From Octopus vulgaris (lineage: Eukaryota), in assembly GCA_951406725.2 (NCBI GenBank), contig OX597816.1, positions 1,364,001 through 1,428,000 of the forward strand: a stretch of 64,000 nucleotides of DNA, written 5' to 3'. Every line of letters begins with the position of its first letter. Position 1 is the stretch's first letter. Made by a program: the position numbers and the translations under genes. The notes beneath the pieces are model-generated. The model saw only the letters and a list, made by a program, of their open reading frames with translations. It made no database searches and was not told where the DNA came from. Shown here one piece after another: positions 1 to 11,459 of the stretch.

Positions 1-1280
1 CCAGCCATGTTCGGATGGTGCTTTTTATGTGCCACCGGCACAGAAGCCAGTCGAGGCGGCGCTAGCAACGGTCACGTTCGGATGGTGCTTTTTATGTGCC
101 ACTGACACAGGTATCACAACTACTAATTCCATTGATATTTGTTTCGATGTTCATGTACATGCACTTGACTCAACAGGTCTCCTCAAGCACAGCGAGACGT
201 TCCGGGATCCAAGGTACTTTGAATGGGCAGGGGCTATGCGGAACTGGAGCCGGAAGCATCCCGGGTCTTTGTAGTCACAGCACATCTCCAGAGATCTTGG
301 TTCTTCGCCATTGCCTCAGTGAGGCCCAACGCTCTGAGGTCATGCTTGACTACCTCATCCCATGTCTTCCTGGGTCTACTTCTCCCCCGATTCCTTCAAC
401 TGTTTGGGAGTGGCACTTCTTCACACATCTCTCCTCATCCATCCGCAGTACATGACCATACCATCGCAAGCGTTGCTCTTGCACACCGCATCTGATGCTT
501 CTTATGTCTAGCATTTCTCTCAGAGTGCTTACACTCTGTCGTGAGTGCACACTGACATTACACATCCAGCGGATCATGCTAGCTTCATTTCTTTCAAGTC
601 TACGCATGTTCTCTGCAGTCATGGCCCATGTTTCACTGCCGTGAAGCATGGCAGTTCGCACACATGCATCATACAATCTACCTTTCACTCTGAGTGAGAG
701 ACCCTTTGTTGCCAGTAGGGGTAGGAGCTTTCTAAACTTTGCCCAGGCTATTCGTATTCTAGTGATGACACTCTCTGAGCATCCACCTCCACTACTAACT
801 TGGTCACCCAGGTAGTGGAAACTATCAACTACTTCTAGTTTCTTCCCCTGGAGTGTGATGGAATCTGTTTTCTGAGTATTTGTGGTGTCTATTGTCCCTG
901 TGCATCTGCCGCAGATGAAAGCTATCTTATCAGTTAATTTCCCTTTGACGTTGCTGCACCTCTTATGCGTCCATAGCTTACACTGGGTGCATCTTATGGA
1001 GTTTCTACCTACACCTTTCCTACCGATTGAGCAGGGCCACCTGCCCAATGGGGTGTGTGCTGAGTTTGCCTTTCTGCTTACTATAACTTTGGTCTTCGCT
1101 ACATTTATTCTAAGGCCCTTTGATTCTAACCCTTGTTTCCACACCTGAAATTTCTTTTCTAGTTCCAGTAGTGATTCTGCTATGAGAGCCAGGTCATCAG
1201 CATAGAGGAGCTCCCAGGGGCAACCTGTTTTGAATTCCTCTGTTATTGCCTGGAGGACTCTGTTATTGCCTGAATTCCTC
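1..1280 (-). mobile_element. RTE-clade LINE, 5'-truncated (RT C-terminal half plus part of 3' UTR)
   Basis: ORF 350..1282 has ELLYADDLALI, INVAKTKV, FHYLG, LYDACVRTAMLHGSETW and RLRWYGHVLRM, all RTE-type RT/thumb motifs. Homologous to copies at 38-40 kb, 45-47 kb and 57.6-58.2 kb. Confidence 0.92.
350..1255 (-). pseudogene. RTE reverse transcriptase fragment with embedded PHD-type zinc finger
   Basis: YADD motif, then CSI(G)-x10-CTQC-x4-H-x2-C-x14-CGRC between the KTK and YLG motifs; frameshifted at the C-terminus. Confidence 0.85.
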
Positions 1281-1296
1281 ATATATATATATATAT

Positions 1297-1507
1297 AAAT
1301 ATATACCCTCCAGCCTTCATCAGGTGTCTTGGGGGAAATTTCAAACCTGGGTTCTCATATCTAAGGTATTTTTCTATGTTGTTGTTATTGTTATTGTTAT
1401 TATTATTATTATTATTCAGGTCACTGCCTGGAATCGAACTCGGAATCTTGGAGTTAGTAGCCTGCACTCTGAACCACTATGCCATATGCCCGTGGGCATA
1501 TGGCATA
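1297..1507 (-). mobile_element. tRNA-headed short element fused to a hammerhead-bearing (Penelope pLTR-like) unit, 3'-truncated
   Basis: Minus strand: GGGCATA-TGGCATAGTGG (A box) ... GAGTTCGATTCC (B box) at 1417-1491, an (AAT/AAC)n linker, then sequence nearly identical to 27310-27390 including GACAC-CTGATGA-A-GGCTG. Confidence 0.75.
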
Positions 1508-1544
1508 TTTCCAAAGTGTGAGGAATATTTAAGGACATTTAATT

Positions 1545-1686
1545 GGCGTTAGGAAGGGCATCCAGCTGTAGAAACACTGCCAGATCAGATTGGGGCCTGG
1601 TGCAGCCTCCTGGCTTCCCAGTCCCCAGTCGAACCATCCAACCTATGCTAGCATGGAAAACGGACGTTAAACAATGATGATGATGA
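1545..1686 (+). repeat. RTE/SINE shared 3' tail ending in (GAT)n
   Basis: ggcgttaggaagggcatccagctgtagaaac...catgctagcatggaaaacggacgttaaac(gat)n; recurs at 10165-10320, 37168-37325 and 57600-57730 (minus). Confidence 0.8.
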
Positions 1687-1709
1687 ATTGTCTGTATATT
1701 ATTCTCTTC

Positions 1710-2484
1710 GGATCTTTTCCTTTTGAACGGCAGTTTGTAACATAATTTCTAGGTAACTAAAAAGTTTTAAACTTCGTATACTGGCAGAATGTGTTTATAA
1801 AACATCATTTTCTCTTGGCTTTATTGAGAAAATTCTATAGTTTGTAAGATATTTTGTCTAAAATTTCTTGCATTTCAGCAATTTTAACCATTCGCTGGAG
1901 TCCATTTAGGTAAATAACATTCTGTGCATAATGAATATGTCCCCCCTTTAAGAAACAGATTGGGTTTATTTACATTTGTGAAGAAAAAAGATACCCTTCC
2001 CCCACCCCTAACCTTAATTCTAAAATAGATTGAAATGCAATAGATCGATACTAGGGTTATAATTATGGGTGACAATTTCATACAACACTGCTGTTTTTTA
2101 TAGCGGTGTCGTATGAAATTGTCACCCATAATTATAACCCTAGTATCGATCTATTGCATTTCAATCTATTTTAGAATTAAGGTTAGGGGTGGGGGAAGGG
2201 TATCTTTTTTCTTCACAAATGTAAATAAACCCAATCTGTTTCTTAAAGGATGGACATATTCATTATGCACAGAATGTTGTTTACCTAAATGGACGCCAGT
2301 GATTGGTTAAAATTGCTGAAATGCAAGAAATTTTAGACGAAATATGTTAGAACCTATAGAATTTTCTCAATAAAGCCAAGAGAAAATGATGTTTTATAAA
2401 CACATTCTACCAGTATACGAAGTTTAAAACTTTTTAGTTACCTAGAAATTATGTTACAAACTGCCGTTTAAAAGGAAAAGATCC
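1710..2484. mobile_element. 775-bp palindromic (foldback) non-autonomous DNA transposon
   Basis: Arms of about 384 bp are reverse complements (GGATCTTTTCC...GGAAAAGATCC) around a short T-rich loop near 2097; flanked by TTC on both sides (1707-1709, 2485-2487). Confidence 0.9.
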
Positions 2485-3601
2485 TTCTTTTCAAGCCAAT
2501 TCATCCAATAGGTTCAAAATGTTTTGAATGATGAAAACAAAAAATCAATGAAGGCTATCACCGAAAGAGTGTCGAGTGTCCAAATGGACCATCAGAGCTG
2601 TGGTGTTTGAGAACATTCCATGTAAGCCTTGTGTTCTGCAGAAAAAATTTCTGACACAAGAAAACTGTTTGATCTGTGCCAAGCACAAACTTGCCAACTC
2701 TCAAAAGTAAAAAACTGTGAGAATTCGAACCTGGAGCTAGGAAAAGTAGTGGAGATACCCTCGAATTTCCTAGAAGAGTCAACGTTAGGATAAGCGCAAT
2801 TGGGATTTGGTATCACATGACTTCTACAGAAAGCAATAAAATGTCCTTAAGAATTTTTATTTATATTTTTTTCTTTCTCTCTTCTTTTTTTTTGTTGTAA
2901 AAGAACAAATGCGTGTTGTAGATATAAGTGAAAGTTAGAACATAAATAATGGAATCAGTCAAGTTAAGAACATAAATAGCAAAACCATAGAGTCAGTAAG
3001 ATAATAAGTGCAGATGCCATTGCCACGTAGAGGAGGGGTCTTTTACGAGTTGGCTAAAAATGCACCGAGGAACGGTGAAAAGTCTTTAGATGTATAAATA
3101 TGTTTTGGAGTTTGTCAGTGGAAAAAGGGTGAGAAATTGTTCTTGAAAAGGTGAGACTCGTGAGATTATGAGTAAAATCTTGAGACTCCTGACAAAGTTG
3201 TGAGATTTGGCAAGTTTGAATGTGGTTGTTTATCAAGGTTGAAACACATCAGAAATATGGCCTGCTTTGGTTCTTTTCCAGTTGATGTTGCTGTCAGCAA
3301 ATAACGAATAGAGTTTCTGAAATAGATTAGAATGAAAAATAGATTAATATGAGATAAGTGAGAAGATTATTTCAAAAGGTCTCAAAGAGAAAATAGATGT
3401 GTGTGTGTGTGTGTGTGTGTGTGCACACGCATGCATGTGCATAAATGTGCATGTGAACCCATTTTTGTGTAAGGTTGCTTGGAATGCTACAGGTAGCATA
3501 TTACCCACCTGACCTCCGTTACTTGGTCAGGTCGGTGGCAACTAAGCACACACCCCCCTATCAAGCTATCTGATTAAAAGGATTATAACATCTGTCGAGA
3601 T

Positions 3602-4136
3602 CAGGGGTTCTCAACCATTTTTTAGATTTTGGGATTACTATTTGATTACTACCTTATTCTGGTGGACCCCCAGCCCTTTCATTACCAACCTGGCTGAAAC
3701 CGGTTCTGGCTCTGTAGTACAAATGTCTTATTTTCATAAGTTTTTAATTAAAATCTTCCACCAAACCTTAGTCACAATTAATGTTCTTAACACTAGCTTA
3801 ATGATAATGAAGTTATTTTACTAAATTCTTTGATATATCTAAAATAATTGAGAGAAACACAGAGCATCTCAAAAGAAGTACAGTAACAAAAGGGTTAAAA
3901 ACTAGTTTTCTAGAAGTTTCTTTCAAAATTCCTGTTTTGTTTTCCCCACATTAACTTGTGTCGGCTGAATTATGTAAAATGTCAGAGAAAGAAACCTGGC
4001 TGTTTCTTGCAATACATAACCAATACATCTAAAGCAACATTTTTTTAGGGTCCCTTAAAATACTATTGTGGATCTCCAATTTACTATTTTGTTACATGGA
4101 CCCCCAAAATCTATATGGACCCTAGTTGAGAACCAC
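3602..4136. mobile_element. hAT (Charlie-like) MITE
   Basis: Termini CAGGGGTTCTCAACC / GTTGAGAACCAC; 8-bp flanks gtcgagat / gtctagat resemble the NTCTAGAN target site. Confidence 0.7.
3674..3894. mobile_element. piggyBac-like MITE nested in the hAT MITE
   Basis: Termini CCCTTTCATTAC / GTAACAAAAGGG followed by TTAA; a similar start is seen at about 34847. Confidence 0.5.
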
Positions 4137-5199
4137 GTCTAGATAATCATGGATCCCTATTCTGAACTGACGACTCAGTGGAAAGAGTGAAAGGAGACAG
4201 CAAAAAAAAAGAAAAAAATGGTTGAGACAGTCAACCATCACACTGTAAGACCATTTTAAGGCACTTTTGTCTACCTAATCTGGGAGAGAGTAGCTCCTTA
4301 GCTGTCGGGGTTAGGTGAGACCTGTCAGCACTGCTCTGCTGCATTGTGGGTAAATTCAGAAATATAACAGGTAGATGACCACATCATTAGAAGATAAAAA
4401 AAATCAAGTTGTGGTGGTCAGCTTTAAGACAATTGCTAACAGATTGGATTTCTGTTGGCCTACACAAGCTGAGAGATTACCACCAATCGTCCTTGGCCAT
4501 CTTTTACACTAGAACTATTACAGCAAAATGTAAGCCTGCTAATGCCATGATAAAGCTACCTGTGTAGGCACCGTTCTCCCAAAATGTGGATTATAGATCT
4601 TGGTCTTGTAATGGTCATTGTTATTGCAAGAATGGTCTGTGACAATGAAGCCCTATCATTTCCGTCATTTCCTCGCTTGTGTGAGTACGTGAGAGTACAT
4701 GTGATGTAGGTGGCGTTAGTCACGATTCTGAAGTTGCCTGTATGACTGCAGCCTCTAGCTGTGGTGTTGCTGCCCTTTAAGATGTACAATCATCAATGGA
4801 TCCACAATTGGAGAAGAAGAAGGAGAAGACAGTCGTCATCGAATTCAGGAAAAAAAACCATCAGCACAAACAGAGCGAAACATGGAGGACACATGAAACA
4901 GACATGGAAGGAAAAGCATGGAGCAGGCATTTGATAGATATGTGAGTGTTTAATAGATAACAAATGTCAAAAGGGAAAAGAAATTAAAGAAAAGAAGAAG
5001 AAAAATAAACGGGGAGTTGTCGTTCACTTCATCTATTCTTTTTCTACATTATAAGAAAAAAGAAAAACCCAAATCCCCTGGATTTCTTCCTGGTTTTGAT
5101 AATTTTTCATCTTTAAGAAATATTTCGCTCCGTAAAATGTTTACTACTTCAAGTTATGTCATCCTGGTGATCTCCAAAAAGAATGAAATGGTGCTATTC

Positions 5200-5503
5200 A
5201 TGGTGGTTACTGTGTGGGAACTTGGGCAAGTGTTTTCTACTAAAGCTCCAGGCTGACCAATGCCATGTGAGTGAATTTGGTAGATGGAAACCGTGTAGAA
5301 GCCCGTTGTGTGTGTGTGTTTGTCTCTCACCACTTGACAATGTATGTTGGTTTGTTTATATCCCTGTAACTTAGTGATTCAGCATAAGAGACCAATAGAA
5401 TAAGGACCAGACTTTAAACAATAAGTATTGTGGTCGTTTTGTTCAACCCTTCAAGGTGGTGCCCCAGCATGGCCAAAGTCCAATGAGTGAAACAAGTAAA
5501 AGA
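5200..5503 (+). mobile_element. Degenerate tRNA/CORE-like SINE (family 2)
   Basis: cttgggcaagtg...gaatttggtagatggaaac...gccccagcatggcc...gaaacaagtaaaaga matches the full-length copy at 44936-45334. Confidence 0.7.
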
Positions 5504-6748
5504 TAATCCCAATCTATTCCATCAAAACCTTTCTTTCAAAACTTGAATTTAAAAAATTATTTCACGCTCGTTCAAAGTTTATAAATTGTTATGGCGATAA
5601 AGAAGTGTATTTTTCAAACAGTTTTAAGACATTCATCTTGCACATGATGATGATGATGACATGATGATGATGATGACATGATGATGATGACAACGAAACC
5701 CAGATTTTGTTTGTGAAATCTAGATAGCCAAACCCCAATGTTCCCTTAAAACTTATAAACTTGAATGTGATTCCAAACAAATTCAGAACATTACAGTGTG
5801 TCCACCAAGAACTGGTGTTTCCTACGACAGCCAAATGTCGCCACAAAGGTCCAGTTGCAGGAAACAAAAGACCATTGGCAATATTTTTTTGTTTTTACAT
5901 TTATTGCAATTTCCATTTTGCAATTAAATGAGCAACGGATGAGAGAATGACATTCTCCGGTCAACGTTTTATGGACTTGATAAATCTATTGTTTGATGAC
6001 AATGCTATGACGAATGCTCGGACGCCATTTTAATAAAACGGCTTAAAATAAGGATTTTCTGTGGCAGATCGGAGGACTTAATTAATCAGGGATCAGGAGA
6101 CAAATCTCGAGCATTGTTTGTTAACATTAGTATTGCTGTTGTTGTTGTCAGTGGTGGTGGTGGTGGTGGTGGTGGTGGCGGTAGTGTTGCTGGTGTTTTT
6201 GGTGATGCTGGGGGTTGGTGGTGATTGTAACCACTTTTTTGATTTGCAATGGTGGTTATTAATTTGTTGTTACTGTTTTTTATTATTTTATTTGTTGTTG
6301 TTGTTGGTGTCGTTGTGATGGTGGTGGGGTGGGTGGGGGGGTGATGGCGTCATTGTTATTCGAATTCCTTTTTTCAACATGAAATACTCTTCCACATTAT
6401 AAAGTTGTTTTTTTTGTTGTTGTTGTTTGTGACAAATCTCTAAACTCGTTCTCATGATTTTTCAATCATGTTGATATTGTTTGACACAAGGTTAACCATG
6501 ATCAAGCATGCATACGATCAAAGACAATCCGCCCAGGACCATCCATCATATTTTTTCCCAACTCTAGAACAACCTCATCTTTTTCTTATTTATAACAGTA
6601 AGGTATGATTTTTGAGGGAGATTTGGTTGTTATTCCTATCAGATTAAGCTACTACATGGTCCTCATAGACTTGCTCTTGTCATTGTTATTGCTGTCATCA
6701 TCATCATCATCATCATCATCGTCACTATTATTATTATTATTATTATTA

Positions 6749-6950
6749 AGGTGGAATCGTTAGCATGCTGGATGACATGCTTAGTGATATTTTGCCCATT
6801 GCTACGTTCAGAGTTCAAATTTTGTTGAGGTCGACTTGGTCTTTTATCCTTCCTGGGTCGATAAAGTAAATATCAGGGAAACACAGGGGTTGATGTAATC
6901 GGCTAATCCCCTCCCCTGAAATGTCAGGCTTTGTGCCTTTAGTAGAAAGG
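6749..6950 (+). mobile_element. tRNA-derived SINE (family 1, Deu/Nin-like central domain)
   Basis: gttcagagttcaaat B box, then gtcgacttggtcttttatccttcctgggtcgataaagtaa; homologous to 58483-58710. Confidence 0.7.
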
Positions 6951-7062
6951 ATTATTATTATTATTGTTGTTGTTGTTGTTTTTCTCAGTGTTATGGACAT
7001 CATTACAAATATCTTTTGCTTTTCTTTTTGCAGTTGGCCAACTCCTAGCTACTTTTATTGTG

Positions 7063-7106
<44 letters not shown>

Positions 7107-7929
7107 TATGTTCGGTGATGTTTTTACTACTATTAACATTCTCTCCATTGAAATTCAATTACCTTTTTGCTGCTGAGAACACTATTGCTGTTGTTTTACT
7201 TTATAGTATTGTTGTTGTTGTTGCTCTCGTAATCGTCATTGTTACTCATTGGTTGTAGAATCACAGAAATTAATGGCCACCATTCGTTCCCCCCCCATAC
7301 ACACACACACACTTTCCTTCTACTATTCATTCATTCATTCACTCATTCACTTTTACACACTAAGACAGCAACATTGCTTCCATGGAAGTTTCTTTATTCT
7401 TTGCCCGTTTCATTTCCTTCTTGACAAAAGACCACCACCCGAAACGTTAAATGATTCTTTGTTTTTTCCTTACAAAATACATTTTATTACTGTGATGCGT
7501 AATTACGTGTCTTGATTTCCAGTCCTAAATCGTCTTTAAAATCTTATAATACACAGAGATCAAAAGTCCTTCTCGAGCCATAAAGTCATAAAGTCAGTTT
7601 TCAGGATTCTGTGACGTATACAAACATCCATTTATCCATCCATACATATGTGTGTGTGTACACACACACACACAAGCACATACACACATGCACACACACA
7701 AATACAAACATACACACATACACGACAAGCTTCTTTCAGTTTTTGTCTGCTAAATCCAATTACAAGGCTTTAACGTCCCACGGATGAAGTACCATCCAGT
7801 AGGACTGAACTGGGAACAATGTGGTTAGGAAGCAAGCTTCTTAGTCACACAGCATTACCTGTACCGAGAGCCACACCTGCAACTAAAATAAGTTTTAATA
7901 TTTCGTTTCAAAGCAAAAAATAATAATAA

Positions 7930-8118
7930 AGCGGTGAGCTCGTAGACTGGTTAGCGACATTTTGTCTGTTTTTACGTTTTAAGTCCGAGGTCGACTTTGG
8001 CTTTCATCCTTTCAGAGCCGATAAAATAAGTACCAGTTGAATCTTGAGGTCGATCCAATCGACTTGCTCCACGCCACCACCACAAATTGCTGGCCTTGTG
8101 CCGAAATTTGAAACCAAT
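7930..8118 (+). mobile_element. tRNA-derived SINE (family 1)
   Basis: gcggtgagct...gaggtcgactttggctttcatcctttc...ataaaataagtaccagt. Confidence 0.7.
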
Positions 8119-8648
8119 ATTTCGTCTCAAATGTAATCAGATACAACTTAAAGAAATACATCTAAAAATTATTGAATCTTGTCGCATGTGTGCGTGTTGG
8201 TTCCCCAGTATCACTTGAAAGCCGGTGTTGGTGTGTTTAAATCTCCATAACATAGCAGTTCGGCCAAAGAGCTCGATAGAATAAATGCCCCGGCTTTTAA
8301 AGAGATAAATACTGAGGCTGATTCGTGAGACTGAAATTCTTCAAGGCGGTGCCCCAGCATGGCCGTAGTCTAATGACTGAAACAAGATAGAACATAGACA
8401 AAACCAAACCACAATGAATCTTTCTTTTCAATTCATTTAATCCGATTCTTAATAAATACATAACAAACCCGGATTTAGAATCCTTTTGTGTAATTTAATA
8501 AATCCCTTTAGAAATAAACTTGCAAGAAATAAGGTACTTAAATATTAATAACAGAGAGCACAATTAACGATTTAATTAATTAACGACCATACACAAGTCA
8601 TATAATCTATAAATTCATAAACAAACAAACAAGACACGCACACGTGTA

Positions 8649-8844
8649 TGAGGGGTGGGGAAAAGTTCTTGGCTTTGAGGGTATCAACGAAAGGCCTGCT
8701 TAGAGGTCCAACCTTCCGAGTTCTTGAAAGACCGCTGCAATGTGTGAATGTGAGGGAGGAGGAATATGTCGAGGAAAATCAGAATTAACTAATCCTCATG
8801 TCTTTTCTTTTATCCAAAGCCAGAAACTTTTCAGCAGCCCCTCA
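8649..8844. mobile_element. mariner-derived MITE
   Basis: About 29-bp imperfect TIRs: TGAGGGGTGGGGAAAAGTTCTTGGCTTTG / CAAAGCCAGAAACTTTTCAGCAGCCCCTCA; TA on the left flank. Confidence 0.75.
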
Positions 8845-8864
8845 TCTGCGTGATTGCGTATATA

Positions 8865-10405
8865 CAGGGTATAACAGGTGTATTGGGACAAGTGTCAAAT
8901 GGGCATATTTCTGGTTGTATATATTCTTTTGGAGTCTAAATTTTAAATATTACAAGCTTGAATAATCACTTACACTACCTTTTGCTTCTGATTGACCAAA
9001 TTACGAAAGTCAATAAAGAATTAAACCGTAGAAATGTAATTACCGAATTATTCCGCGCTGGCAAAAGTGCTGCGGAGATTGTTAGAGCTGGAAGGTAAGC
9101 GAAATCCACTGTTTTTAGAGTTGTAACCAATTTGAGGAAAAGTCGGGGATATTCGGAGAAGGCCTCATAGTTCTTGCAGTGATCGAAAGCGCCCACCTCG
9201 CTTCTTAGCAAGACTTAAAAGATCGATTAAGCCGAACTCCTTAAATCGATGGTAAAGTTGGCTCAAGATCGAGAAATCAGTAAAATGACCGTTTCTACGG
9301 CTATGAGACAAGACCTCCATATGAAATCGTGCATGAGGAAACACTGTAACATCCTAACTATCTGCTCCCAAACTATTCAAGCTGAAAGAAGTCCCAGACT
9401 TCTTTGTCATCTGAAACATGGTAGCGGCGACGTCCGCATCTTCGTGGATGAAAAGAAGTTTATGGTAGACGAAGTTGCAAACCGTCAAAACTCACGAGTG
9501 ATGGCGTACGGCCCTTTCCAGGCTCCTTCAGCTAGGCATAGCAAGAATCTGGCTTCCATTATGGTCGTTGGAGCTGTTACAAGAGATGGGAAATTGATGC
9601 CTCCTCGTTTTATTGAAGCGGGTCTTAAAAATCAACACAGCAGAGTACCTCAAATTCTTAGAAGGTTTGTTGCCTTGGATTAGGAAGCATTATGATGCAA
9701 GTCGAGTTTTGTTTGTGCAGGATTCTTTTTGTGCAAAAATGTTTGAAGAGGGAATTTCCCATGCTTGTCCCAAAAGATATCTAGCCTTCTAGCTTGCCAG
9801 ATTTGAATCTCTGTGATATTTGCCTCTGAGGCGCAGTTGAAGCAATATCCAACGCAACTTCTAACAACTGTGTCTTCTTCACTGAAGGCTTCGATCAAGT
9901 GAGCATTCAGTAAAATATAAAAAGGAAGAAATAGTTAAGGCATCCGCATCATTTCGTGAACAGAACGAACTGGTAAATATAGCAAATGGCGGTCACGTTG
10001 AACTGAAATAAGTGCTGAACAATCCACTATAAATTGGCATAAGCCTCGTCTGGCACCTGTGTCGGTGGCACATAAAAACACCATCCGAGCGTGGTCGTTC
10101 GCCAGCCTCGTCTGGCACTTGTGTCGGTGGCACATAAAATCACCCACTACACTCTCGGAGTGGTTGGCGTTAGGAAGGGCATCCAGCTGTAGAAACACTG
10201 CCAGATCTGACTGGCCTGGTGCAGCCTTCGGGCTCCCCAGACCCCAGTTGAACCGTCCAACCCATGCTAGCATGGAAAGCGGACGTTAAACGACGATGAT
10301 GATGATGATGATGATGATGATAAAATTTGCAATGTTCGATTTTCCCGACTTATACCAATTACAATAAAGATACTTAAATGGTCCCACTTTACCTGTTACA
10401 CCTTG
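8865..10405 (+). mobile_element. Decayed Tc1/mariner element (DD37D/maT-like transposase)
   Basis: TIRs CAGGGTATAACAGGT / ACCTGTTACACCTTG; ORF 9249..9683 with IFVDEKKF, NRQNSRV and IMVVGAV; downstream PDLNLCD; stops and frameshifts; RTE 3' piece inserted at about 10040-10320. Confidence 0.85.
10040..10320 (+). mobile_element. RTE 3' UTR fragment with (GAT)n tail
   Basis: Two units of gcctcgtctggcacctgtgtcggtggcacataaaa followed by the shared tail. Confidence 0.8.
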
Positions 10406-10455
10406 TGTGTGTGAGTGTATGTATGTATATATATATATATATGTGTGTGTGTGTA

Positions 10456-10734
10456 GGTGCAATGGTCCAGTGGTTAGGGTAGCGGACTCACGGTCGTAGG
10501 ATCGCGGTTTCGATTCCCAAACTGGGCATTGATTGTTTATTGAGCGAAAAGACCTAAAGCTCCATGAGGCTCCAACAGGGGGTGGTGGCGATCCCTGCTG
10601 TACTCTTTCGCCGCAACTTTCTCTCACTCTTTCTTCTGTTGGCCTGCTCGCTTAGCCAGCAGGGTGGCGTCATTTGAAGCGCATTGTGACCAGCGATGTG
10701 TAGCAACATCTGATAGCCTGGTCGGTCACATAGT

Positions 10735-10742
<8 letters not shown>
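10456..10742 (+). mobile_element. tRNA-derived SINE (family 3)
   Basis: A box TGGTCCAGTGG, B box GGTTTCGATTCC; 3' part gccagcagggtggcgtcatttgaag is shared with 43472-43740. Confidence 0.75.
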
Positions 10743-10822
<80 letters not shown>

Positions 10823-10838
10823 GTATATATATATTGAA

Positions 10839-11043
10839 GGCGGCGAGCTGGCAGAAACGTTAGCACGCCAGGCGAAATGCGTACCCGTTTTTCATCAGCC
10901 GTTACGTTCTGAGTTCAAATTCCGCAGAGGTCAACTTTGCCTTTCGGGGTCGATAAATTAAGTGCCAGTTACGCACTGGGGTCGATTACATCGACTTAAT
11001 CCGTTTGTCTGTCCTTGTTTGTCCCTTGTGGGTAGTAAAGAAA

Positions 11044-11045
<2 letters not shown>
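10839..11045 (+). mobile_element. tRNA-derived SINE (family 1)
   Basis: ggcggcgagctggcagaaacgttagc...gttctgagttcaaattcc...gtcgataaattaagt. Confidence 0.85.
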
Positions 11046-11088
<43 letters not shown>

Positions 11089-11099
11089 ATAGATAGATA

Positions 11100-11290
11100 T
11101 AGGCTGACTTTTCGTCGGTTATGGTGACGTGTGTTCCACTTGATCCGATCAACGGATCAGCCTGCTCATGAGATTAACGGTCAAGTGGCTGAGCACACCA
11201 CAGACATGTGTACCCTTAACATAGTTCTCGAGGAGATTCAGCGTGACACAGGATATGACAAGGCAGGACCCCATTGAATTACTGGTACGG
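11100..11290 (-). repeat. 3' part of the SINE seen complete at 36560-36870
   Basis: Reverse complement aligns by eye to 36690-36870. Confidence 0.6.
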
Positions 11291-11459
11291 TTCACTATCA
11301 CGCACCATTCCTTCAAACACCTACCCAAACATTAACAACCGCTCACATATTTAAGTAATGAATGAATGATTGTAATCTTTTAATCCACAATGTTTAACCT
11401 GGAATTTATTTTATCTGGATGCGATTCGAACCACAAAACAAAATCCAAAACTGAATATT

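Noticed and set aside
1884-2310. Mirror ORFs on opposite strands with the same peptide
   Set aside because: A by-product of the palindromic element, not genes.
4556-4789. 77-aa ORF in non-repeat-looking sequence
   Set aside because: No recognisable motif and weak splice signals.
10456-10530. tRNA-like heads as functional tRNA genes
   Set aside because: They do not fold into full cloverleaves and continue into SINE bodies.
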